A program made the position numbers and the translations under genes. 64,000 nucleotides of DNA from positions 26,972,001-27,036,000 of the forward strand of contig OZ249436.1 in the NCBI GenBank assembly GCA_965235115.1, in the 5' to 3' direction. This document shows positions 1 to 11,219 of this stretch, piece after piece. The notes under the pieces were generated by a model. That model searched no databases. It was not told where the DNA came from and saw nothing but the letters and a program-made list of their open reading frames with translations. Source of the stretch: Laetmonice hystrix. Lineage: Eukaryota. Each line of letters opens with the position of its first letter. The stretch's first letter is position 1.

Positions 1-73
1 AGCCTCCCCCTTCCCAATCCCCATGATATGGCTGACTGGCCCTTAGACATTACCCCGAACCACCCAGCCAACA

Positions 74-94
74 CCCTCCCTCTTCCCAATCCCC
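74..94 (-). other. Canonical G-quadruplex motif (minus strand) / i-motif (plus strand), representative of one per consensus monomer
   Basis: + strand CCC T CCC TCTT CCC AAT CCCC corresponds to - strand GGGG ATT GGG AAGA GGG A GGG, matching four G3+ runs with 1-7 nt loops. Confidence 0.75.
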
Positions 95-3079
95 ATGATA
101 TGGCTGACTGGCCCTCAGACATTACCCCGAACCACTCAGCCAACACGCTCCTTCTTCCCAATCCCCATGATATGGCTGAATGTCCCTCACACATTACCCC
201 GAACCACTCAGCCAACCCCCTCCCTCTTCCCAATCCCCACGATATGGCTGACTGGCCCTTAGACATTACCCGGACCACTCAGCCAACACCCTCCCTCTTG
301 CCAATCCCCATGATATGGCTGACTGGCCCTTAGACATTACCCCGAACCACTCAGCCAACACCTTCCCCCCTTTTTCCAATCCCAATGATATGGTTGACAG
401 GCCCTGAGATGTTACCCCTAACCACTCAGCCAACATCCTCCCTCTTCCCAATCCCCATGATATGGCTGACTGGCCCTCAGACATTACCCCGAACCACTCA
501 GCCAACACCCTCCCCTTCCCAATTCCATGATATGGCTGACTGGCCCTTAGACATTATCCCAAACCACCCAGCCAACACCCTCCCTCTTCCCAATCCCCAT
601 GATATGGCTGACTGGCCCTCACTCATTACCCCGAACCACTGAGCCAACACTCTCCCCCTTCCCAATCCCATGATATGGCTGACTGGCCCTCAGACATTAC
701 CCCGAACGACTGAGCCAACACGCTCCCTCTTCCCAATCCCCATGATATGGCTGAATGTCCCTCACACATTACCCCGAACCACTCAGCCAACCCCCTCCCT
801 CTTCCAAATCCCCACGATATGGCTGACTGGCCCTTAGACATTACCCGGACCACTCAGCCAACACCCTCCCTCTTGCCAATCCCCATGATATGGTTGACTG
901 GCCCTCAGATGTTACCCCTAACCACTCAGCCAACACCCTTCATGTTCCCAATCCCCATGATATGGCTGACTGACCCTCACTCATTACCCCGAACCACTCA
1001 GCCAACCCCCTCCCTCTTCCCAATCCCCACGATATGGCTGAGTGGCCCTTAGGCATTACCCGGACCACTCAGCCAACACCCTCCCTCTTGCCAATCCCCA
1101 TGATATGGCTGACTGGCCCTCAGACATTACCCCGAACGACTGAGCCAACACGCTCCCTCTTCCCAATCCCCATGATACGGCTGAATGTCCCTCACACATT
1201 ACCCCGAACCACTCAGCCAACCCCCTCCCTCTTCCCAATCCCCACGATATGGCTGACTGGCCCTTAGGCATTACCCCGAACCACTCAGCCAACACCCTCC
1301 CTCTTCCCAATCCCCATGATATGGCTGACTGGCCCTTGGACATTACCCCGAACCACTCAGCCAACACCTTCCCCCCTCTTTCCAATCCCAATGATATGGT
1401 TGACTGGCCCTCAGATGTTACCCCTAACCACTCAGCCAACACCCTTCATGTTCCCAATCCCCATGATATGGCTGACTGGCCCTCACTCATTACCCCGAAC
1501 CACTCAGCCAACACCCTCCCTCTACCCAATCCCCATGATATGGCTGACTGGCCCTTAGCCATTACCCCGAACCACTCAGCCAACACCCTCCCACTTCCCA
1601 ATCCCCATGATATGGCTGACTGGCCCTTAGACATTACCCGGACCACTCAGCCAACACCCTCCCTCTTGCCAATCCCCATGATATGGCTGACTGGCCCTCA
1701 GACATTACCCCGAACCACTCAGCCAACAGCCTCCCCCTTCCCAATCCCCATGATATGGCTGACTGGCCCTCAGACATTACCCCGAACCACCCAGCCAACA
1801 CCCTCCCTCTTCCCAATCCCCATGATATGGCTGACTGGCCCTCAGACATTACCCCGAACCACTCAGCCAACACGCTCCTTCTTCCCAATCCCCATGATAT
1901 GGCTGAATGTCCCTCACACATTACCCCGAACCACTCAGCCAACCCCCTCCCTCTTCCCAATCCCCACGATATGGCTGACTGGCCCTTAGACATTACCCGG
2001 ACCACTCAGCCAACACCCTCCCTCTTGCCAATCCCCATGATATGGCTGACTGGCCCTTAACATTACCCCGAACCACTCAGCCAACACCTTCCCCCCTTTT
2101 TCCAATCCCAATGATATGGTTGACAGGCCCTGAGATGTTACCCCTAACCACTCAGCCAACATCCTCCCTCTTCCCAATCCCCATGATATGGCTGACTGGC
2201 CCTCAGACATTACCCCGAACCACTCAGCCAACACCCTCCCCTTCCCAATCCCATGATATGGCTGACTGGCCCTTAGACATTATCCCAAACCACCCAGCCA
2301 ACACCCTCCCTCTTCCCAATCCCCATGATATGGCTGACTGGCCCTCACTCATTACCCCGAACCACTCAGCCAACACTCTCCCCCTTCCCAATCCCATGAT
2401 ATGGCTGACTGGCCCTCAGACATTACCCCGAACGACTGAGCCAACACGCTCCCTCTTCCCAATCCCCATGATATGGCTGAATGTCCCTCACACATTACCC
2501 CGAACCACTCAGCCAACCCCCTCCCTCTTCCCAATCCCCACGATATGGCTGACTGGCCCTTAGACATTACCCGGACCACTCAGCCAACACCCTCCCTCTT
2601 GCCAATCCCCATGATATGGCTGACTGGCCCTTAGACATTACCCCGAACCACTCAGCCAACACCCTCCCTCTTCCCAATCCCCATGATATGGCTGACTGGC
2701 CCTTAGACATTACCCCGAACCACTCAGCCAACACCCTCCCTCTTCCCAATCCCCAAGATATGGCTGACTGGCCCTCAGACATTACTCCGAACCACCCACC
2801 CAACACCCTCCCTCTTTCCAATCCCCATGATATGGCTGACTGACCCCCAGACATTACCCCGAACCACTCAGCCAACACCCTCCCCCTTCCCAATCCCCAT
2901 GATATGGCTGACTGGCCCTTAGACATTATCCCAAACCACCCAGCCAACACCCTCCCTCTTCCCAATCCCCATGATATGGCTGACTGTCCCTCAGACATTA
3001 CCCCGAACCACTCAGCCAACACCCTCCCTCTTCCCAATCCCCATGATATGGCTGACTGGACCACAGACATTACCCCGAA

Positions 3080-3541
3080 TAGCCGGGTCCCCAGCTCTAT
3101 ATTAACTTCGTATATAGAGCCTGGCGTAGGCCAATCGAAGCGAGCATTGTGATTGGCCCATCGAAAACATGGACGCAAACGAGGTATAGTTCCGTACCCT
3201 CCGTATTTCTCCAACAAGACACAAATATTTTCATCAATCCCTTTAAAATACAAGTGTTAAATGTCCTCGCTTTTCTGGATGTAAACATAGCGTCAGCAGT
3301 CCCACCACCTGCTACGGTCTGCATACGCAGGGGCATGTTGCTATTGTTGGCCACTCCCGGCCACGCTCCAAGCAGAAGTCAATCACTCTGTTAACGCTGA
3401 CCAACGGACCGGAGGCGGAAGTGATTAGCTCCGAGGCGGAAGTGCTTGGAGATCACCACTTCCGTTTTACAGCTTTCTGTTAGCCATCACCGGGCCTAAC
3501 ATCAAGCGGATGCGTATGGTAAGGCGGCGGGGACCAGGCTA
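3080..3541. mobile_element. Module A: 462-bp non-autonomous TIR DNA transposon (MITE-like, possibly AcademH-related), copy 1
   Basis: Left end is TAGCCGGGTCCCC. Right end is GGGGACCAGGCTA (reverse complement TAGCCTGGTCCCC, 12/13 match). Flanked by the direct repeat TACCCCGAA at 3071-3079 and 3542-3550, with the satellite resuming in phase. No transposase ORF. Confidence 0.92.
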
Positions 3542-3707
3542 TACCCCGAACAACTCAACTAACACCCTCCCTCTTCCCAATCCCCATGATATGGCTGACT
3601 GGCCCTTAGACATTACCCCGAACCACTCAGCCAACACCTTCCCCTCTTCCTAATCCCCATGATACGGCTGTCTGGCCCTAAGACATTCCCTCAAACCACT
3701 CAACCAA

Positions 3708-4074
3708 ATTCATCATTGTTGATTTTTACTATAGTCATTCAGTTACAACAAGACAAGAATTATATGTGTGCAGGGGTGGCGTCGTGACACAGTGCAGATA
3801 TTTCATCTGAAGGGTCAACTCCCACAAACTTTTTTTCACTGTTTTCTTTTGTGATTTTTTGGGTATTTTTCCCCTTTTCTTCTATACTACCACCTCCAAC
3901 CACCCAGAGTGACGCTCCAGTACAGCGAAATCAAATTAACCTTGATATAAACACCCAGCAGACATATCTCAGTACTGCGACATCCATTACCCACAAACTT
4001 TTGTTTCATTTTTTTCTCTTTTGATTTTTTGGGGCTATTTTTCGTTTTTCTTCTATACTACCACCTCCAACCAA
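3708..4074. repeat. Module B: ~367-bp non-satellite T-rich spacer with an internal ~83-bp diverged direct repeat (reference copy)
   Basis: Sequence unrelated to the monomer starts at ATTCATCATTGTTG. CCCACAAACTTTT...TTCTTCTATACTACCACCTCCAACCA occurs at 3821-3902 and 3990-4073. Confidence 0.9.
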
Positions 4075-4229
4075 TCCTATATCCCCCTTCCCAATCCCTG
4101 ACATGACTGATTGGTCTTCAGACATTCCCTCCAAACACTTAGCCGACATCTCATCCCCTTCCCAATCCACATGCTGTGGCTGTCTGGCCCTCAGACATTA
4201 CCTCTAACCACACAACCAACACCTTCCCC

Positions 4230-4327
4230 ACACTCACTCCCACAGGGTGATGAAACGAATGGGGCCTATTGTGACCCGGGCCCCAAGGGGAATGACAATG
4301 ATCATAAATGATGATAAGATGACTCGA
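4230..4327 (+). mobile_element. Module C: ~98-bp insert, putative 5'-truncated non-LTR retroposon 3' end (reference copy)
   Basis: A stem-loop TGGGGCC(12 nt)GGCCCCA at 4260-4285 is followed by a degenerate (ATG)n tail, ATGACAATGATCATAAATGATGATAAGATGA. The satellite is in phase on both sides. The insert is certain, its identity is inferred. Confidence 0.4.
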
Positions 4328-5608
4328 TTTCCCAACCCCTATAATATGGCTAACTGGCCGTGTGACGTTAACCCTAACCACTCAGCCAACACCTTCCCCC
4401 CTCTTTCCAATCCCAATGATATGGTTGACTGGCCCTCAGATGTTACCCCTAACCACTCAGCCAACACCCTTCATGTTCCCAATCCCCATGATATGGCTGA
4501 CTGGCCCTCACTCATTACCCCGAACCACTCAGCCAACACCCTCCCTCTATCCAATCCCCATGATATGGCTGACTGGCCCTTAGACATTACCCCGAACCAC
4601 TCAACCAACACCCTCCCTCTTCCCAATCCCCATGATATGGCTGACTGGCCCTCAGACATTACCCCGAACCACTCAGCCAACACCCTCCCTCTTCCCAATC
4701 CCCATGATATGGCTGACTGGCCCTCAGACATTACCCCGCACCACCCAGCCAACACCCTCCCTCTTTCCAATCCCCAGGATATGGCTGACTGACCCTCAGA
4801 CATTACCCCGAACCACTCAGCCAACACCCTCCCCCTTCCCAATCCCCATGATATGGCTGACTGGCCCTTAGACATTATCCCAAAGCACCCAGCCAACACC
4901 ATCCCCCTTCCCAATCCCCATGATATGGCTGACTGGTCCTCAGACATTACCCCGAACCACAGAGCCAACACCCTCCCTCGACCTAATCCCCATGATATGG
5001 CTGACTGGCCCTCAGACATTACCCCGAACCACTCACAGCCAACACCCTCCCTCTTCCCAATCCCCATGACATGGCTGACTGGCCCTCAGACATTACCCCG
5101 AACCACTCACCCAACACCCTCCCTCTTCCCAATCCCCATGATATGGCTGACTCGCCCTTAGACATTACCCCGAACCACTCAGCCAACACCTTCATCCCTT
5201 CACAGTCTCCATGATATGGCCGACTGGCCCTTAGACATTACCCCGAACCACTCAGCCAACACCCTCCCTCTTGCCAATCCCCATGATATGGCTGACTGGC
5301 CCTTAGACATTACCCCGAACCACTCAGCCAACACCCTCCCACTTCCCAATCCCCATGATATGGCTGACTGGCCCTTAGACATTACCCCGAAACACTCAGC
5401 CAACACCTTCATCCCTTCACAATCTCCATGATATGGCTGACTGGCCCTTAGACATTATCCCAAACCACCCAGCCAACACCCTCCCTCTTCCCAATCCCCA
5501 TGATATGGCTGACTGTCCCTCAGACATTACCCCGAACCACTCAGCCAACACCCTCCCTCTTCCCAATCCCCATGATATGGCTGACTGGACCACAGACATT
5601 ACCCCGAA

Positions 5609-6070
5609 TAGCCGGGTCCCCAGCTCTATATTAACTTCGTATATAGAGCCTGGCGTAGGCCAATCGAAGCGAGCATTGTGATTGGCCCATCGAAAACATG
5701 GACGCAAACGAGGTATAGTTCCGTACCCTCCGTATTTCTCCAACAAGACACAAATATTTTCATCAATCCCTTTAAAATACAAGTGTTAAATGTCCTCGCT
5801 TTTCTGGATGTAAACATAGCGTCAGCAGTCCCACCACCTGCTACGGTCTGCATACGCAGGGGCATGTTGCTATTGTTGGCCACTCCCGGCCACGCTCCAA
5901 GCAGAAGTCAATCACTCTGTTAACGCTGACCAACGGACCGGAGGCGGAAGTGATTAGCTCCGAGGCGGAAGTGCTTGGAGATCACCACTTCCGTTTTACA
6001 GCTTTCTGTTAGCCATCACCGGGCCTAACATCAAGCGGATGCGTATGGTAAGGCGGCGGGGACCAGGCTA
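5609..6070. mobile_element. Module A MITE-like element, copy 2
   Basis: Same TIRs, TSD and internal sequence as 3080-3541, offset +2529. Confidence 0.92.
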
Positions 6071-6236
6071 TACCCCGAACAACTCAACCAACACCCTCCC
6101 TCTTCCCAATCCCCATGATATGGCTGACTGGCCCTTAGACATTACCCCGAACCACTCAGCCAACACCTTCCCCTCTTCCTAATCCCCATGATACGGCTGT
6201 CTGGCCCTAAGACATTCCCTCAAACCACTCAACCAA

Positions 6237-6856
6237 ATTCATCATTGTTGATTTTTACTATAGTCATTCAGTTACAACAAGACAAGAATTATATGTGTGC
6301 AGGGGTGGCGTCGTGACACAGTGCAGATATTTCATCTGAAGGGTCAACTCCCACAAACTTTTTTTCACTGTTTTCTTTTGTGATTTTTTGGGTATTTTTC
6401 CCCTTTTCTTCTATACTACCACCTCCAACCACCCAGAGTGACGCTCCAGTACAGCGAAATCAAATTAACCTTGATATAAACACCCAGCAGACATATCTCA
6501 GTACTGCGACATCCATTACCCACAAACTTTTGTTTCATTTTTTTCTCTTTTGATTTTTTGGGGCTATTTTTCGTTTTTCTTCTATACTACCACCTCCAAC
6601 CAATCCTATATCCCCCTTCCCAATCCCTGACATGACTGATTGGTCTTCAGACATTCCCTCCAAACACTTAGCCGACATCTCATCCCCTTCCCAATCCACA
6701 TGCTGTGGCTGTCTGGCCCTCAGACATTACCTCTAACCACACAACCAACACCTTCCCCACACTCACTCCCACAGGGTGATGAAACGAATGGGGCCTATTG
6801 TGACCCGGGCCCCAAGGGGAATGACAATGATCATAAATGATGATAAGATGACTCGA
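6237..6856. repeat. B + two degenerate monomers + C cassette, haplotype 1 (MITE-linked)
   Basis: Near-identical to 3708-4327. Markers TTCACTGT, CACTCCCACAG, GATAAGATG. Confidence 0.92.
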
Positions 6857-9800
6857 TTTCCCAACCCCTATAATATGGCTAACTGGCCGTGTGACGTTAA
6901 CCCTAACCACTCAGCCAACACCTTCCCCCCTCTTTCCAATCCCAATGATATGGTTGACTGGCCCTCAGATGTTACCCCTAACCACTCAGCCAACACCCTT
7001 CATGTTCCCAATCCCCATGATATGGCTGACTGGCCCTCACTCATTACCCCGAACCACTCAGCCAACACCCTCCCTCTATCCAATCCCCATGATATGGCTG
7101 ACTGGCCCTTAGACATTACCCCGAACCACTCAACCAACACCCTCCCTCTTCCCAATCCCCATGATATGGCTGACTGGCCCTCAGACATTACCCCGAACCA
7201 CTCAGCCAACACCCTCCCTCTTCCCAATCCCCATGATATGGCTGACTGGCCCTCAGACATTACCCCGCACCACCCAGCCAACACCCTCCCTCTTTCCAAT
7301 CCCCAGGATATGGCTGACTGACCCTCAGACATTACCCCGAACCACTCAGCCAACACCCTCCCCCTTCCCAATCCCCATGATATGGCTGACTGGCCCTTAG
7401 ACATTATCCCAAAGCACCCAGCCAACACCATCCCCCTTCCCAATCCCCATGATATGGCTGACTGGTCCTCAGACATTACCCCGAACCACAGAGCCAACAC
7501 CCTCCCTCGACCTAATCCCCATGATATGGCTGACTGGCCCTCAGACATTACCCCGAACCACTCACAGCCAACACCCTCCCTCTTCCCAATCCCCATGACA
7601 TGGCTGACTGGCCCTCAGACATTACCCCGAACCACTCACCCAACACCCTCCCTCTTCCCAATCCCCATGATATGGCTGACTCGCCCTTAGACATTACCCC
7701 GAACCACTCAGCCAACACCTTCATCCCTTCACAGTCTCCATGATATGGCCGACTGGCCCTTAGACATTACCCCGAACCACTCAGCCAACACCCTCCCTCT
7801 TGCCAATCCCCATGATATGGCTGACTGGCCCTTAGACATTACCCCGAACCACTCAGCCAACACCCTCCCACTTCCCAATCCCCATGATATGGCTGACTGG
7901 CCCTTAGACATTACCCCGAAACACTCAGCCAACACCTTCATCCTTTCACATTCTCCATGATATGGCCGACTGGCCCTTAGACATTACCCCGAACCACTCA
8001 GCCAACACCCTCCCTCTTGCCAATCCCCATGATATGGCTGACCGGCCCTTAGACATTACCCCGAACCACTCAGCCAACACCCTCCCTCTTGCCAATCCCC
8101 ATGATATGGCTGACTGGCCCTTAGACATTACCCCGAACCACTCAGCCAACACCTTCCCTCTTCCCAATCCCCATGATATGGCTGACTGGCCCTCAGACAT
8201 TACCCCGAACCACTCAGCCAACAGCCTCCCCCTTCCCAATCCCCATGATATGGCTGACTGGCCCTTAGACATTACCCCGAACCACCCAGCCAACACCCTC
8301 CCTCTTCCCAATCCCCATGATATGGCTGACTGGCCCTCAGACATTACCCCGAACCACTCAGCCAACACGCTCCTTCTTCCCAATCCCCATGATATGGCTG
8401 AATGTCCCTCACACATTACCCCGAACCACTCAGCCAACCCCCTCCCTCTTCCCAATCCCCACGATATGGCTGACTGGCCCTTAGACATTACCCGGACCAC
8501 TCAGCCAACACCCTCCCTCTTGCCAATCCCCATGATATGGCTGACTGGCCCTTAGACATTACCCCGAACCACTCAGCCAACACCTTCCCCCCTTTTTCCA
8601 ATCCCAATGATATGGTTGACAGGCCCTGAGATGTTACCCCTAACCACTCAGCCAACATCCTCCCTCTTCCCAATCCCCATGATATGGCTGACTGGCCCTC
8701 AGACATTACCCCGAACCACTCAGCCAACACCCTCCCCTTCCCAATTCCATGATATGGCTGACTGGCCCTTAGACATTATCCCAAACCACCCAGCCAACAC
8801 CCTCCCTCTTCCCAATCCCCATGATATGGCTGACTGGCCCTCACTCATTACCCCGAACCACTCAGCCAACACTCTCCCCCTTCCCAATCCCATGATATGG
8901 CTGACTGGCCCTCAGACATTACCCCGAACGACTGAGCCAACACGCTCCCTCTTCCCAATCCCCATGATATGGCTGAATGTCCCTCACACATTACCCCGAA
9001 CCACTCAGCCAACCCCCTCCCTCTTCCAAATCCCCACGATATGGCTGACTGGCCCTTAGACATTACCCGGACCACTCAGCCAACACCCTCCCTCTTGCCA
9101 ATCCCCATGATATGGTTGACTGGCCCTCAGATGTTACCCCTAACCACTCAGCCAACACCCTTCATGTTCCCAATCCCCATGATATGGCTGACTGACCCTC
9201 ACTCATTACCCCGAACCACTCAGCCAACCCCCTCCCTCTTCCCAATCCCCACGATATGGCTGAGTGGCCCTTAGGCATTACCCGGACCACTCAGCCAACA
9301 CCCTCCCTCTTGCCAATCCCCATGATATGGCTGACTGGCCCTCAGACATTACCCCGAACGACTGAGCCAACACGCTCCCTCTTCCCAATCCCCATGATAC
9401 GGCTGAATGTCCCTCACACATTACCCCGAACCACTCAGCCAACCCCCTCCCTCTTCCCAATCCCCACGATATGGCTGACTGGCCCTTAGGCATTACCCCG
9501 AACCACTCAGCCAACACCCTCCCTCTTCCCAATCCCCATGATATGGCTGACTGGCCCTTGGACATTACCCCGAACCACTCAGCCAACACCTTCCCCCCTC
9601 TTTCCAATCCCAATGATATGGTTGACTGGCCCTCAGATGTTACCCCTAACCACTCAGCCAACACCCTCCCTCTACCCAATCCCCATGATATGGCTGACTG
9701 GCCCTTAGCCATTACCCCGAACCACTCAGCCAACACCCTCCCTCTTCCCTATCCCCATGATATGGCTGACTGACCCTCAGACATTACCCCGAACCACTCA

Positions 9801-10599
9801 GCCAACACCCTCCCCTTCCCAATCCCATGATATGGCTGACTGGCCCTTAGACATTATCCCAAACCACCCAGCCAACACCCTCCCTCTTCCCAATCCCCAT
9901 GATATGGCTGACTGTCCCTCAGACATTACCCCGAACCACTCAGCCAACACCCTCCCACTTCCCAATCCCCATGATATGGCTGACTGGCCCTTAGACATTA
10001 CCCGGACCACTCAGCCAACACCCTCCCTCTTGCCAATCCCCATGATATGGCTGACTGGCCCTTAGACATTATCCCAAAGCACCCAGCCAACACCCTCCCC
10101 CTTCCCAATCCCCATGATATGGCTGACTGGTCCTTAGACATTACCCCGAACCACAGAGCCAACACCCTCCCTCGACCCAATCCCCATGATATGGCTGACT
10201 GGCCCTCAGACATTACCCCGAACCACTCACAGCCAACACCCTCCCTCTTCCCAATCCCCATGACATGGCTGACTGGCCCTCAGACATTACCCCGAACCAC
10301 TCAGCCAACACCCTCCCTCTTCCCAATCCCCATGATATGGCTGACTGGCCCTTAGACATTACCCCGAACCACTCAGCCAACACCCTCCCACTTCCCAATC
10401 CCCATGATATGGCTGACTGGCCCTCAGACATTACCCCGAACCACTCACAGCCAACACCCTCCCACTTCCCAATCCCCATGATATGGCTGACTGGCCCTTA
10501 GACATTACCCCGAACCACTCAGCCAACACCTTCCCCTCTTCCTAATCCCCATGATACGGCTGTCTGGCCCTAAGACATTCCCTCAAACCACTCAACCAA

Positions 10600-11219
10600 A
10601 TTCATCATTGTTGATTTTTACTATAGTCATTCAGTTACAACAAGACAAGAATTATATGTGTGCAGGGGTGGCGTCGTGACACAGTGCAGATATTTCATCT
10701 GAAGGGTCAACTCCCACAAACTTTTTTTCATTGTTTTCTTTTGTGATTTTTTGGGTATTTTCCCCCTTTTCTTCTATACTACCACCTCCAACCACCCAGA
10801 GTGACGCTCCAGTACAGCGAAATCAAATTAACCTTGATATAAACACCCAGCAGACATATCTCAGTACTGCGACATCCATTACCCACAAACTTTTGTTTCA
10901 TTTTTTTCTCTTTTGATTTTTTGGGGCTATTTTTCGTTTTTCTTCTATACTACCACCTCCAACCAATCCTATATCCCCCTTCCAAATCCCTGACATGACT
11001 GATTGGTCTTCAGACATTCCCTCCAAACACTTAGCCGACATCTCATCCCCTTCCCAATCCACATGCTGTGGCTGTCTGGCCCTCAGACATTACCTCTAAC
11101 CACACAACCAACACCTTCCCCACACTCACTACCACAGGGTGATGAAACGAATGGGGCCTATTGTGACCCGGGCCCCAAGGGGAATGACAATGATCATAAA
11201 TGATGATCAGATGACTCGA
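10600..11219. repeat. B+C cassette, haplotype 2 (no MITE upstream)
   Basis: Near-identical to 3708-4327. Markers TTCATTGT, CACTACCACAG, GATCAGATG. Confidence 0.92.

Noticed and set aside
75..81. CCTCCCT (human PRDM9 hotspot core) or CCCTC (CTCF-like) in each monomer
   Set aside because: Short motifs expected in C-rich DNA. The full consensus is not matched and the host is unknown.
23..94. 72-bp monomer as a tRNA-derived unit
   Set aside because: The length fits, but extreme C/G skew prevents a cloverleaf and I see no convincing B box (GTTCRA) on either strand.
1..3070. CRISPR-like regular repeat with ~72-bp period
   Set aside because: The whole unit is repeated. There are no unique spacers, leader or cas genes.
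3102..3114. TTAACTTCGTATA, a 12/13 match to a loxP arm (ATAACTTCGTATA)
   Set aside because: There is no second inverted arm after an 8-bp spacer and no vector sequence nearby. It overlaps the loop of a native hairpin, so it is probably coincidental.
3097..3394. 81-85 aa ORFs inside module A, and the 121-228 aa ORFs running from A into the satellite
   Set aside because: Short, overlapping in opposite orientation, with no DDE or other recognisable motif. The long versions are read-through into the stop-free repeat.
3821..4073. Direct repeats in module B as the LTRs of a tiny TRIM-like retroelement
   Set aside because: No TG...CA termini, primer-binding site or polypurine tract evident, and the internal region is only ~87 bp.
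4369..4379. TAACCCTAACC telomere-like sequence
   Set aside because: Under two hexamers, and derivable by point change from the monomer variant TTACCCCTAACC.
10731..10916. 61-aa hydrophobic ORF in type-2 module B
   Set aside because: Phe-richness comes from T-runs, and it starts at TTG created by a SNP that differs between cassette types.
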